Part shown: positions 19,197-29,815 of the stretch, piece by piece | Layout: every line of letters begins with the position of its first letter | Position numbering within the stretch: position 1 is the first letter of the stretch | Assembly (NCBI GenBank): GCA_963822965.1 | Contig: CAWGJT010000005.1 | Location: 1,856,001-1,920,000, forward strand | Source: an uncultured delta proteobacterium | Lineage (GTDB): Bacteria; Myxococcota_A; UBA9160; UBA4427 | Direction: 5' to 3' | Length of the DNA: 64,000 bases | Position numbers and translations under genes: made by a program | The notes under the pieces: model-generated | The model's input: the letters and a program-made list of their open reading frames with translations, nothing else | The model's database searches: none | Told to the model about the DNA's origin: nothing

Positions 19197-19223
19197 GCCC
19201 GCGCGGCGGTTCGGGAGACCGGG

Positions 19224-20505
19224 TCAGCCCTCGGCACCCTCGCGGTAGGCGGCGTCGAGGATCTCGACCGGGTGCAGCACCCGGGCACGCAGGCCTCGCT
19301 GCCGGACGCCGCTCGTGATCTGCATCAGGCAGCCCGGGTTGCCGGTGGCGATCACGTCGGGGTCGGCCGCCGCCAGCGCGTCCATCTTCTCGGCCAGCAC
19401 CCGCCGCGACATCTCGGGCTGGGTCAGGTTGTAGGTGCCGGCCGCGCCGCAGCAGCGGCTGGCGTTCGCGTGGGCGACGAGCTCGAGGCCTTCGATCTTC
19501 GAGAGCAGGCGCCGCGGTGCGGCCTCCACGCCCTGGCCGTGCACGAGGTGGCACGGATCGTCGTAACACACCCGCGCCGGGAAGCGTCCGTCGGGTGCCC
19601 GGAGACCCACCTCGTCGAGGAACTCGCAGACGTCGCGCACCCGCGCCGCCATGCCGTCGCCCTCTCCCGGGATCCAGCGATGGGCCTCTCGCATGGCGGC
19701 GCCGCAGCCCGCCGAGTCGAGGATGATGGCGTCGAAGGGCAGGTCGGCGGCCAGGGCGTCGAACACCCGGGCGTTGCCGCGGGCGAGGTCCCGCGCCGCG
19801 TCCAGGTCGCCCGCGTGGGCGTGGAGCGCGCCGCAGCAGCCCTGATCCCGGGGCACCAGCACGTCGAATCCGTTGGCGGCCAGCACCCGCACGCTGGCCT
19901 GCTGGACCGGCGCGAACACCTCGGACATGAGGCAGCCCGTGAAGAAGGCCACCCGGCCGCGGCGTTCGCCCAGCGCGGGCGTCCGCTCGGGCAGCCGCGC
20001 CCGAGACGCGCCACTCGGGATCGGGGGCATCAGCGCGTAGGCCTCTCGCAGCGACCGGGGCAGCAGGCGCAGCGCCAGCCGGTCGAGTCCGAGCCGCTGC
20101 GCGAAGCCCAGGAGCGACACGACGGCCCGCAGCCTGCCCCGGTGAGCCACCACGTGGCGCAGCAGCCCGCGCTCGAGGCGCGCCGCGAGCCCCTGCCGGG
20201 CGCCCGCCTCCTGCAGGGCCGCGCGGGTGTCCTCGAGCATGGCGCCGTAGGGCACGCCGGCCGGGCAGGCCGTCTCGCACGCGCGGCAGCCGAGACACAG
20301 GTGCGCCTCTTCGGCGAGCAGCCCCGTCAGCTCGACGCGGCCTTCCGCGGCGCCGCGCATCAGGTAGACGCGGCCGCGGGGCGACGACGTCTCGCGCCCC
20401 GTCGCGAGATAGGTGGGACAGGAGGTGAGGCACAGCCCGCAGTGCACGCAATCGAGGGTGCCCGTGTAGATCTCGTCGAGGGGGCTGGCATCGGCGTTCG
20501 CTCAC
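19224..20505 (-). CDS. glcF: glycolate oxidase Fe-S subunit (indel likely near start)
   Basis: CVHCGLCLTSCP, CLGCRACETACP, two CCG domains; no in-frame start before the first Cys cluster. Confidence 0.85.
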
Positions 20506-21761
20506 AGGCGGCCCTGGAAGCGTCCCGGGTTGAGGATGCCCCGGGGATCGAAGCGCTGCTTGAGGGAGCGCGAGAGGGGAAGCGCGGCGCCGGGATCGCC
20601 GAAGACGTCCCGCCCGTGTCGCTCGGCCTCCGGCAGCGCCTCGAAGACCACGTCGGCCTGGGCGGCGGCCGCCGCCGCGTCGATGGCCGCGAGGGCGGCG
20701 GCAGGCTCGCCGGACTCGTCCCCGACCGCGTAGACGAGGCCCGGTCCGGGATACGCGACGGTCCCGAGGCCGGCGGCGACGAGCGGCGCGCACAGTGCCT
20801 CGAGCCGCGTGGGCAGGACGGCCAGGCGCGCGCGCAGCGACCCGGACGCCTGCAGGTCGCGCAGGCGTCCCACGAGTCGCGACGCTTCGGAAACCGGGCG
20901 CGCGCCGGACTCCGCCTGCAGCCAGTCGCCGTCCTGGGCGACCGCCGGCGCGTCGCCCGCATACTCGGCGACGAGCACCCGCGCGGGGGCGGTTCCGGCC
21001 GGGGCACCCAGCCGCTCGGCGGGCGCCCCCGTCACCAGCGCGACGGCGCGCGCCGAGCTCCGGCGCGACGCCTCGAGGGCCACACGAAGGCTCTCTTCCG
21101 GGCTCACGCCCGCCAGCAGCGCCACCCAGGTGCGCGTCTCCGCGGGACGCGGCCGCAGCCGCAGCCAGGCCGACTCGATCACACCCAGGGCCCCGAGCGA
21201 TCCCGCGTAGAGCTTCGCCATGTCGTAGCCGGTGACGTTCTTCACCACGCGCCCCCCGCAGCGGGTGCGCTCGCCCGAGGCCAGCACCACGGTGAGACCC
21301 AGGATGCAGTCCCGCGGCGGGCCGAAGCGGAGCCGACGCGGTCCCGTGGCGGCGGTCGCCAGGGCGCCCCCGACGGTGGTCGTCGCGCCCGGCGGATCCA
21401 GGGGGAGCTCCCAGCCGGCCGGCGCCACCGCCGCCTCGACCGCCGCCAGCGTCGTCCCGGCGCCCACGTTCACCACGCCGTCCTGGGCGTCCAGCTCGCG
21501 GATGCCCGCGAGCCCCTCGGTGGAGAGCAGGGTCTCGACGCCGTCGCGCGGCGGGTTTCCGAACTGCATGCGGGTGCCGCCCCCGCGCACGAGCACCGGC
21601 CGGCCCCGTTCGTCCAGGGCGGCCAGCACCCGGCCGAGCTCGTCGCCGTCCCGCGGCCGCAGGGTGGCGCGCACCGTCGCGCCGGCGACCGGCTGCGGCT
21701 CGTGCAACGAGACGATCTCCGCACCGAGGGCGGCCAGCAGGGCGTCGCCGGAGTCGCTCAT
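20502..21761 (-). CDS. glcE: glycolate oxidase FAD-binding subunit
   Basis: GGRVVKNVTGYDMAKL, KQRFDPRGILNPGR; lies between glcD and glcF. Confidence 0.85.
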   Translation of the reverse strand: MSDSGDALLAALGAEIVSLHEPQPVAGATVRATLRPRDGDELGRVLAALDERGRPVLVRGGGTRMQFGNPPRDGVETLLSTEGLAGIRELDAQDGVVNVGAGTTLAAVEAAVAPAGWELPLDPPGATTTVGGALATAATGPRRLRFGPPRDCILGLTVVLASGERTRCGGRVVKNVTGYDMAKLYAGSLGALGVIESAWLRLRPRPAETRTWVALLAGVSPEESLRVALEASRRSSARAVALVTGAPAERLGAPAGTAPARVLVAEYAGDAPAVAQDGDWLQAESGARPVSEASRLVGRLRDLQASGSLRARLAVLPTRLEALCAPLVAAGLGTVAYPGPGLVYAVGDESGEPAAALAAIDAAAAAAQADVVFEALPEAERHGRDVFGDPGAALPLSRSLKQRFDPRGILNPGRFQGRL

Positions 21762-21817
21762 CGCGCGTTCGGCCGGGGGCTCGGGGACGCGCTCTCGGGG
21801 GCGGCCCAGCGCGAGCA

Positions 21818-21875
21818 GCGGCAGGCGGCCGAAGACGTGCGGCGGCAGGCGACCGAAGACGTGCGGCGGCGGGCG
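21818..21875. repeat. 24-bp tandem repeat (about 2.4 copies) in glcD-glcE spacer
   Basis: GCGGCAGGCG(G/A)CCGAAGACGTGCG repeated. Confidence 0.75.
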
Positions 21876-21876
21876 C

Positions 21877-23371
21877 TCATGCCAGGGGCACCCGGTCGTA
21901 GCCCCGGGCCTTCGGGTTCGACTCGGCGCAGAAGCGGGTCGTGGGAAAGGCCTTGCCGGGATTGCACACGAGGTCCGGGTCGAAGGCCGCGCGCAGCCGG
22001 CGCATGGCGTCGAGATCCGCCTCGTCGAAGACGAGCGGTAGGAAGTCGCGCTTCTCGACGCCCACGCCGTGCTCGCCGGTGATGACGCCGCCCGCCGCCA
22101 CACAGGTCTCGAGGATCTCGGCGCCCGCCCGCAGCACGCGCGCCAGCTCGTCTTCGTCGCGCCGGTCGAACGAGATGTTCGGGTGCAGGTTGCCGTCGCC
22201 GGCGTGGAAGACGTTCGACAGCCGCAGCCGGTGGCGGTCCGCAATCTCGCACACCTTCGCGATCACCTCGGGCAGCCTGGCGCGCGGCACCACCGCGTCG
22301 TGGACGTAGAGATCCGGCGCCAGGCGACCCATGGCGCCGAAGGCTCCCTTGCGGGCCTTCCAGAAGAGGGTGCGCTCGGCGGCGTCCCGGGCGACGCGCA
22401 CGTCGCTCGCCCGGTTGCGCCCGGCGATCTCGCGGATGCGGTCCACCTGCCCCTTCAGCGCGCAGGCCGCCCCGTCGAGCTCGGCGATGAGCACCGCGCC
22501 CGCGTCGCGCGGGAGACCCGCCGCGTAGACGCTGTCCTCCACGGCCGCGATGGTGCGCTGGTCCAGGATCTCCATCGCCGCGGGCACCAGCCCGCTGCCG
22601 ATCACCTCGCCCACGGCGTGGCAGGCGCTCACCACGTCCGGGAACACCAGCAGCAGCGTCTCGACGGCTTCCGGCGTCTGGCGTGAGCCGCACGGTCACC
22701 TCGGTCACGATGCCCAGGGTTCCCTCGCTGCCCACGAACGCGCCCACGAGATCGAAGCCGGGGCTGGCGCCGGTCTTCGATCCCAGCCGCAGCACCTCGC
22801 CGTCGGGCATCACCACCTCGACCGCGAGCACGTGGTTCGTGGTGGCGCCGTACTTGAGCGTGTGGGGGCCGCCCGAGTTCTCGGCCACGTTGCCGCCGAT
22901 CGTGCAGGCGAGCTGGCTCGAGGGGTCCGGGGCGTAGAAGAGCCCATGGTGCGCGACGGCGACCGACAGGTCCGCGTTCACCACCCCGGGCTGAACCACC
23001 GCGATGCGGTTCGCGGCGTCCACCTCGAGGATGCGCTTCATGCGCGAGCACTCGACGACGACGCTCCCGGGCACCGGATGCGCGCCCCCCGAGAGCCCCG
23101 TCCCGGCGCCGCGCGGCACGAAGGGCCGACCCGCTTCGCGGCACGCCCGCACCACGGCGGCCACCTGCTCGGTGGTGCGCGGCAGCACCACCAGGCTCGG
23201 CCGGCAGGCCTCGAGGGTGAGGCCGTCGCACTCGTAGACGAACAGCTCGTCGTCCCGGGCCAGCACGCCGTCGGCCCCGACGATCGCGCGGAGCCGCGCC
23301 GCCAGCGCGGCGTCGGCCCGAGCGGCGGACGCCGGCTCGGAGGAGGAATTCGTGCCGGCCGCCCCGGTCAT
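21877..23371 (-). CDS. glcD: glycolate oxidase subunit GlcD (1-bp frameshift near 22680)
   Basis: PRGAGTGLSGG, PDPSSQ, GSEGTLG in one frame; FHAGDGNLHP, GEHGVGVEK in the next. Confidence 0.85.
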
Positions 23372-23381
23372 CCGGCCCGCC

Positions 23382-24422
23382 TCAGGCGAGACCGAGCCTC
23401 TCGAGGTCGTCCTCGTCGAGGCCCAGGTAGTGACCCACCTCGTGACGCACGGTGACCTGGATCTGGTCGATCAGGTCTTCGCGGTCCTGGCAGATCTTCT
23501 CGAGGTTCTTCTTGAAGAGGAGGATGCGGTCGAGGTCGGGCATCTGGTCGGTGACCGAGGCCTGGGTGCGCGGAACGCCCAGGAAGAGCCCCAGGATCTG
23601 GGGCGAGACGTCCTCGCGCTGCACGAGATCGAGGGACGGAAAGTCCTCCACCAGCACCGGCACGTTCTGCATGGTGTCGCGCACGGACTTGGGCAGGTTC
23701 GCCAGCGCCTCGTTCATCACGTCCTGGAAGAACTCCTCGGACACCTCGGCGGGCAGCGGGTAGTGCTGGGGGTCGAGGGCGTTCGCGCGCGCGAAGCAGC
23801 GGGCGGCCTCTTCGGCGTCGCCCACCCGCTCGAGCACCAGCCCGTAGTGGTAGACCGCGTGGGGCGCGTCGGGATCGATGGCGACGGCGTGCTCGAGCAC
23901 CCGCTGCGCTTCGGGGTAGCGACCGAGCTCGAAGAGCACCTGCCCCTCGAAGGCGCTGTAGATGGGCTGGTCGCCGGCGGCCTTGAGGGCGCGGCGCACC
24001 AGGAACACGGCGCCCTCGAGGTCGTCGAGGTAGAAGAGCGCCTTCGACTTCAGGTAGTAGACCTCGGCCTGGAGCGAGCGGTCGGGGCGGGGCAGCTCGG
24101 AGCGGCCGGTGAGGAGGTCGTCGCACAGCTCGAGCGCCAGCTCGAACTCGCCCAGCTCCTCGATCAGGAGCTCCACCCGGTTCAGGTGCGCGGCGGTGAA
24201 CTTGGGGTCGGTGCGGGCGGCGTTCTCGAACTCGAAGAGGGCCTCGTCGATGCGGCCCTCGTCCCACAAGATCTCGCCGCGCCCGTTGTGGGCTTCGGCT
24301 CCGCCCGGGTGAACCCGCAGCGCCTCGTCGAGCCAGGCCAGGGCCTCCTCGATCCGGCCGCCGTGGGAAGCCTCCATGGCCTGGTCCAGACAGTCCCAGT
24401 AGCGGTCCTTGTCGTTCTTCAT
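23382..24422 (-). CDS. TPR protein with C-terminal minimal zincin metallopeptidase (Zincin_1)
   Basis: Multiple TPRs, then LGLFLG and HEVGHYLG (HExxH). Confidence 0.85.
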   Translation of the reverse strand: MKNDKDRYWDCLDQAMEASHGGRIEEALAWLDEALRVHPGGAEAHNGRGEILWDEGRIDEALFEFENAARTDPKFTAAHLNRVELLIEELGEFELALELCDDLLTGRSELPRPDRSLQAEVYYLKSKALFYLDDLEGAVFLVRRALKAAGDQPIYSAFEGQVLFELGRYPEAQRVLEHAVAIDPDAPHAVYHYGLVLERVGDAEEAARCFARANALDPQHYPLPAEVSEEFFQDVMNEALANLPKSVRDTMQNVPVLVEDFPSLDLVQREDVSPQILGLFLGVPRTQASVTDQMPDLDRILLFKKNLEKICQDREDLIDQIQVTVRHEVGHYLGLDEDDLERLGLA

Positions 24423-24641
24423 CGCCTCTTCACCGCTTCCCGCTTCCCGCTGCGGCGGACGACCGCTGCTTGCGGCACTGCTCGGGCAGGCCCCGGGAAG
24501 CGGGTCCGTGTGGCCGGCCGATGGTAGCAGCCCGGGGGTCCCCCTGCCTCCGGGGGACGAGCGCGCAAGTACGGGAATCCCATCGCGTTTCGTGGCGTCT
24601 GGTTGACTCGGAGCCGCGCGCTGGGAGAGGATGGCGCGCTC

Positions 24642-25967
24642 ATGGCAGCGACCGATCCCGACGAGGCGGCCGGCACCCCGGAGCCCGCGCCGAGCCCCGG
24701 CTACGCTCGCTATGCGCTCGGCCTGCTGCTCTTCGTCTACATCTTCAACTTCATCGACCGGCAGATCCTCTCCATCCTGATCGAGTCGATCAAGGCGGAG
24801 ATCCCCCTCACGGACACCGAGCTCGGCTTCCTGGGCGGCATCGCCTTCGCGATCTTCTACACGTTCGCCGGCATTCCCATCGCCCGCTGGGCCGACCGCG
24901 GCTCCCGGGTGTCGATCATCGCCCTGAGCGTCGTCATCTGGAGCGGCATGACGGCCCTGACGGGGGCGGCGCGGAGCTTCGGCGTGCTGCTGCTGGCACG
25001 CGTGGGGGTGGGAATCGGGGAGGCGGGCTGCTCGCCGCCCGCCCACTCGCTCTTGGCAGACTACTTCCCGCCCGAGCGCCGGGGCACTGCCCTCTCGATC
25101 TATGCCCTGGGCATCCCCCTCGGCGGAGCCTTCGGCAACCTGATCGGCGCCTGGGTGGCGAGCTGGTTCGGCTGGCGGATGGCGTTCGTCGCGGTGGGCG
25201 TGCCCGGGTTGCTGATCGCGTTGCTCGTGCGCCTCACCCTGCGCGAGCCCGTGCGCGGACAATCCGAGGTGCCGGTGCGGGGCGTCCGGGCCCCCCTCCA
25301 GGCGAGCGAGACCACGTGGCAGGTGCTGCGCTTCATGGCGCGGCTGCGCGCCTTCGTGCACCTCTCGCTGGCGGGCGCGCTGCACGCCTTCGTGGGCTAC
25401 GGCGCGGCCTACTTCCTGCCGTCGTTCTTCGCGCGGGTACACCACATGGGGCTCGCCGAGCGCGGCTCGTGGCTGGCGGGGCTGGCGCTGATCGGCGCGG
25501 TCGGCACCTACCTGGGCGGGTCGCTCAGCGACCGGCTCGGCCGGCGCGACGTGCGCTGGTACATGTGGGTGCCGGCGATCGCCACCCTGGCCGGGGTTCC
25601 CATCGCGCTCGGCTACTACCTCGTTCCCGACGTCTACGTGGCCCTCTCCATCGGCGTGCTCGCGAGCATCGCCGGTCCCATGTACCTGGGCCCCTCCTTC
25701 GCCATGACCCAGACCCTCGTGCGGCCCCACATGCGAGCCATGGCCTCGGCGATCCTGCTCTTCATCATCAACCTGATCGGCCTCGGGCTCGGCCCGTGGT
25801 TCGTGGGCTACACGAGCGACGCGCTTGCCCCCCGCTTCGGCGACGAGTCGCTCCGCTACGCGCTGGTGAGCATCGTTTCACTGGGGAACGCGTGGGCTGC
25901 CGCCCACTACTTCCTGGCCGCCAGGACCCTGAAGGCGGACCTGGCAGTGAAGGACGCTGTCGACTGA
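24642..25967 (+). CDS. MFS transporter (spinster-like)
   Basis: FNFIDRQILSIL, ARVGVGIGEAGCSP, YFPPERRG. Confidence 0.92.
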   Translation: MAATDPDEAAGTPEPAPSPGYARYALGLLLFVYIFNFIDRQILSILIESIKAEIPLTDTELGFLGGIAFAIFYTFAGIPIARWADRGSRVSIIALSVVIWSGMTALTGAARSFGVLLLARVGVGIGEAGCSPPAHSLLADYFPPERRGTALSIYALGIPLGGAFGNLIGAWVASWFGWRMAFVAVGVPGLLIALLVRLTLREPVRGQSEVPVRGVRAPLQASETTWQVLRFMARLRAFVHLSLAGALHAFVGYGAAYFLPSFFARVHHMGLAERGSWLAGLALIGAVGTYLGGSLSDRLGRRDVRWYMWVPAIATLAGVPIALGYYLVPDVYVALSIGVLASIAGPMYLGPSFAMTQTLVRPHMRAMASAILLFIINLIGLGLGPWFVGYTSDALAPRFGDESLRYALVSIVSLGNAWAAAHYFLAARTLKADLAVKDAVD

Positions 25968-26276
25968 TGCTGTCGACGGAGGGCCCACTCGGGCGGCAGC
26001 CGCGACACGACCGGATCCGTCGCGGGACGCCGGGCGGCCAGCCGGCGAGCGCGGCCGGCGATCGGTCGACGGGGATGACAGTGCAGTGACATGTTTCGGC
26101 GTTTCTCGCCTGCGAGTTGCCCGCTGGTTCTAGAAAGCGTGCACCGCGTGTGCTAACTCTGTGTCCGGATGGTCCACGGAATGATCATCCACCCAATGTC
26201 TCCAAGAAGTGCAAGGCGAACACGGCAACACGAAGAAGTTGAAGGGGCCAAGACAGTCCCGCATCCTGCTGGTCCC

Positions 26277-26313
26277 CAAGAGCCCGCTCCTCGGAGCGGG
26301 CTCTTGCATTCTT
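26277..26313 (+). terminator. intrinsic terminator-like hairpin
   Basis: CAAGAGCCCGCTCC-TC-GGAGCGGGCTCTTG followed by CATTCTT. Confidence 0.65.
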
Positions 26314-26560
26314 ATGTGTCGTGACCGGGTTGCCGCCCAATGGGGGCTTCGTCGACTCGCGGGCGCCGTGCTCCCCTCATATGTGTCGTGACAGGGTTGC
26401 CGCCCAATGGAGGCTTCGTCGACTCGCGGGCACCGTGCTCCCCTCGTATGTGTCGTGACCGGGTTGCCGCCCAATGGGGGCTTCGTCGACTCGCGGGCGC
26501 CGTGCTCCCCTCGTATGAGTCGTGACCGGGTTGCCGCCCAATGGGGGCTTCGTCGACTCG
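26313..26560. repeat. 67-bp tandem repeat, 3.7 copies
   Basis: Units start at 26313, 26380, 26447 and 26514 with only a few substitutions. Confidence 0.92.
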
Positions 26561-26759
26561 TCCAGTTCAGCTCGCCATGTCCCGACAGAACTCTGCGACG
26601 ACGAGCGCCACCCAGACTCCGGTCAATACCTTCCCGAGCGCAACGCATCGCCGAAGGAGATCCCAATAGCGGGGCGAGAGGCCGTGCTCGGTACAAATCT
26701 CCTTGTACTTCAGCACCCAGCCCCAATCTCCAGCGTAGCGCCAACCGCGAGAGTACGGA

Positions 26760-27266
26760 TCAACGGCCCAATTCAGTGGCGCTCCACATTGGAAGCATGC
26801 CGGCTGCCTGCGCGACGACCAGCACCAGAATCAGCAAGCTGGCGCCGATCGCACCCCACGCAAGGAGGGGCCGCGACCTTGACGGACCGCCAACAACCGT
26901 GGTGCCAGCGAGGAGCAGCGGCGTAAGCCCCACCGTGAGCGCTGTATAGATTAGAGAGAACAACCAGACGGACGACGAGACCGCGATCGCACTGGCACCG
27001 GGGTTGAGCCGGACCAGGTATTCCGATTCGGTCACTTCGCCGAGCAACGCGGTTCCCCCAATAGCGAACGAGAACGACGAAAATGCAAACCAGTTGACCG
27101 CCACGAGGCTCCATACCAGCGGGCGGAGGCGCGAACCCGAGTCCTCGGCGGGCGACTCGATCCGCCGCGAACGCGGTCGAAGGACCGCACTGGCGGATCG
27201 CCCCGCCATGACGATACAGAGAACGAGAAGGAGAACAGAGATGAGGAGACCAAGAATCCTGTGCAC
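26760..27266 (-). CDS. membrane protein, putative Rhs immunity
   Basis: About 4 TM segments, lower GC, immediately downstream of an Rhs CT. Confidence 0.55.
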   Translation of the reverse strand: MHRILGLLISVLLLVLCIVMAGRSASAVLRPRSRRIESPAEDSGSRLRPLVWSLVAVNWFAFSSFSFAIGGTALLGEVTESEYLVRLNPGASAIAVSSSVWLFSLIYTALTVGLTPLLLAGTTVVGGPSRSRPLLAWGAIGASLLILVLVVAQAAGMLPMWSATELGR

Positions 27267-27291
27267 TGGCGCGTCCTCGCTTGGCGTGTGG

Positions 27292-27992
27292 TCACTTCTC
27301 GTACGCGCCTATGACAGTGGGATTCCCTTCCGACGGATAGCTGCTAGCGACGCGGGCAACAAGACCGTCTGTTGCACCGGAGTCTTCGCTCCCCAGTAGC
27401 GATCTGACAGCACCAGGGATCGAGATTCCGTAGCCGACACCTGCGTTGATAGCCAGGCTGGGCGTTGTCGCACCGAATTCGTAGACGTTTCCATCGCTCA
27501 CGCGTGTTGCCGATCCCGAAACGAGGAAGAGGTCACCTGTAGCGGAGAATCCAAAGCCTTCGAAACTGGCCGGCACGACGTCCGGATCAAAGCTGGCGAC
27601 TCCCCTCACGAACAGGGATGGCAAGGGATCGCCAACTCCCGCGCCGAGCTCAGGCGTGTAGATTACAGTGCCTTCCAAGCTCCGCCGTTCACCGCCGGAT
27701 CACGGCCAGCCACGAAGGTCACAGAGTGAACGGTATCGACCCCCGCGATCAGGCCTAGTGCGTACAGCGGCCAATCGACTCCGACTGTGATGCCTAGCGC
27801 CTCGTTACCCATGGGATCGCTGAACCGCAGCGGGTTGTTCCCCGCATACGCATACAGGTTCACGTCCCCGCCCGCGAACCCCAGCGGGTCCGGCGACAGG
27901 AAGCGGCCCAGGTCCGGGTCGTAGTAGCGGGCCCGGTAGTAGTAGAGCCCCGTGCCCGCGTCGAGATCCCGACCCGTGTAGCGCAGCGCGTT
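27292..27992 (-). pseudogene. orphan Rhs core end plus beta-rich CT (frameshift near 27680)
   Basis: YTGR..LYYYRARYYDPDLGRFLSPDP..NLYAYAGNNPLRFSDPMG, then unique CT ending YPSEGNPTVIGAYEK*. Confidence 0.8.
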
Positions 27993-28615
27993 TGAGGAAG
28001 AGCCCGAGACAGCGGATCGCCGACCAGGGGCTCACGCGCCTCTCGAAGCTCTTCGAGATCGAGCGCGAGTACAAGAATGAGACGCCTGCCGAGCGCCATC
28101 GGCTGCGCAAGGAGAAGCTCGGCCCGAGGCTCGACGAGCTCGCCGAGTGGCGGGCGGGCGTGAAGGACCGGGTTCCGCCCACCAGTCTCACGGGCAAGGC
28201 GCTGGGCTATCTCGAGAACCAGTGGCCGCGGCTCGTGCGCGTGCTCGAGGACGGGCGACTCGAGCTCTCGACGAACGCGATCGAGCGAGCGATCCGCCCG
28301 TTCGTCGTCGGTCGCAAGGGCTGGCTGTTCGCCGACACGCCGCGGGGGGCGACGGCCAGTGCCCGCCTCTACAGCCTGGTCGAGACGGCCAAGGCCAACG
28401 GGGTCGAGCCCTGGGCGTACCTGGAGCGCCTGTTCACGCTGCTACCGCTGGCCACGGACCGCGCCGCCTACGAGGCTCTCCTGCCCTGGCGCATCGAGCT
28501 GCCCGAGCACCACGCCGCGCGCTGATCGCCGCCGGCCCCGATCCTCTCGACTCGGTCACGATGGCACGGAGCCCTCGACGGGAATCGGCCGCGCATGGGT
28601 TCGTGGAGCGCGTAC
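27992..28615 (+). mobile_element. IS66-family remnant: 3' part of tnpC (to 28525) and right end
   Basis: KALGYLENQW, LSTNAIERAIRP..GRKGWLF, YSLVETAKANGVEP, LLPW; right end reads GTACGCGCTCCACGAACCC on minus strand. Confidence 0.88.
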
Positions 28616-29000
28616 GTGCTGCCACCACCTCGTCGATCACCGAGCCGCGCAGGTACTTCGCCTGCAGATTGCCCCCGCCGTCGTAGATCGCCTCGAGGTG
28701 CTCGCCCTCCAGGTGCATCGCCTGGGGGCCGCCCGCTCCCGCCCGACCAATCCGGTAGCCGAGCGGGTCGTAGCCGAGCTGGCTGGTGCCGAACCGGCCG
28801 GTCGCCGTCACCACCTGGCCCCTGTCGTTGCGCGTGAGCCCGTAGACCAGGCCCCCTCGCCATCGCGGCGCGCCACGACCGCACCGTTGTCGTCGTACTC
28901 GAAGCTCGCCAGCAGGGCCCCGTTCTCGTCCGTCTCGCGAATCTCGTGCAACCGGTTCGCCGTCCCCGGCGCGAAGTATCGCGTGCCCGTGTTGGTGGTC
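28616..29000 (-). pseudogene. diverged Rhs core fragment
   Basis: ANRLHEIRETDENG..FEYDDNGAV..HLEGEHLEAIYD..LRGSVIDEVV with an internal frameshift. Confidence 0.75.
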
Positions 29001-29098
29001 AGCCCACGGGGGCCCGGGAGCGGCGTCGAATTCAGCAGCCCGGTCCGGGCCATCAAACGCGGATCTGCTGACATCAGCGGGAGCTACGAGGGAATCCC

Positions 29099-29728
29099 TC
29101 ACCGGGTCAAGAAGAGAGCCCAGTCGTCGTCAAGGCTCTCGACGAGGGTGATCTCCTTGCCGAACAAGTAGTCGCCGACAGCCAGCCTCTCGCGCTTGTC
29201 GTTGCTGAACAGGAATCCGACCTTGACCCCGGGCACATACCCGGAGCGAACCAGAGCAACCCACCCAGGCGTCACTTCGGCACGTAGACAGCCGGCCTCT
29301 GCAACGGCTCGACTGGCAGGCTGAAGACTCGGCGAATCCACCGTCAGCGGGTTGATCGCCCAGGGCTCGCCACTACTCGCCTGGGACGCATCTCTGACGA
29401 GCCGATCGGCCAGGTCGTCGATTACACTTCGACGGATTTCGAGGTAGGTTCGCGCGCCAAGCCACCGAACGCGCCCCTGGACGCCTACGGCGATCGTCGC
29501 GGCCATCGCTAGCGCGAAGAAGGCCAGTAGCGCCTCTCGTCGCCGGGATCGCACGAGGAGGGACGAGAGCAGGAGAAGCAACCCGGATCCGACGACGCAA
29601 GCAGCGGTAGCGAGCAGGACCACGAAGTTCGAAACTCCGGGAATGAAGAACTCGGCGAACGAGATGACCAGGTGCGTAGCGACTCCAACGATGCCCGCGA
29701 TGCTTGCACCTCGAACGAGCCTCGTCAT
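29099..29728 (-). CDS. membrane protein, putative immunity for the Ntox44-like CT
   Basis: 3 TM segments plus soluble domain; directly downstream of the CT. Confidence 0.55.
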   Translation of the reverse strand: MTRLVRGASIAGIVGVATHLVISFAEFFIPGVSNFVVLLATAACVVGSGLLLLLSSLLVRSRRREALLAFFALAMAATIAVGVQGRVRWLGARTYLEIRRSVIDDLADRLVRDASQASSGEPWAINPLTVDSPSLQPASRAVAEAGCLRAEVTPGWVALVRSGYVPGVKVGFLFSNDKRERLAVGDYLFGKEITLVESLDDDWALFLTR

Positions 29729-29815
29729 CGGAACACTAGACCACGGCAGTCGCTCGCTTGCCGCCGGGTGACGTGCGGGACCCTATTGGGCCGTTGGCTT
29801 CCCCCCGAGACCTGC

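Noticed and set aside
16149..22082. Very long overlapping or antisense ORFs (e.g. 16247-19318, 16149-18677, 19272-22082; also 40118-42979)
   Set aside because: Shadow frames of real genes in high-GC DNA, Arg/Gly/Pro-rich with no motifs
22670..22690. Programmed frameshift in glcD
   Set aside because: No slippery sequence is visible; an indel error is the simpler explanation
26313..26560. CRISPR array
   Set aside because: Units are near-identical over all 67 bp, with no unique spacers and no cas genes in the window
26130..26560. Type III toxin-antitoxin (repeats, terminator, toxin)
   Set aside because: No credible toxin ORF follows, and the hairpin's T-rich side faces the repeats
26655..26700. 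Highly decayed rhs core remnant (LYRARPLAPLLG)
   Set aside because: The match is too short to distinguish from chance
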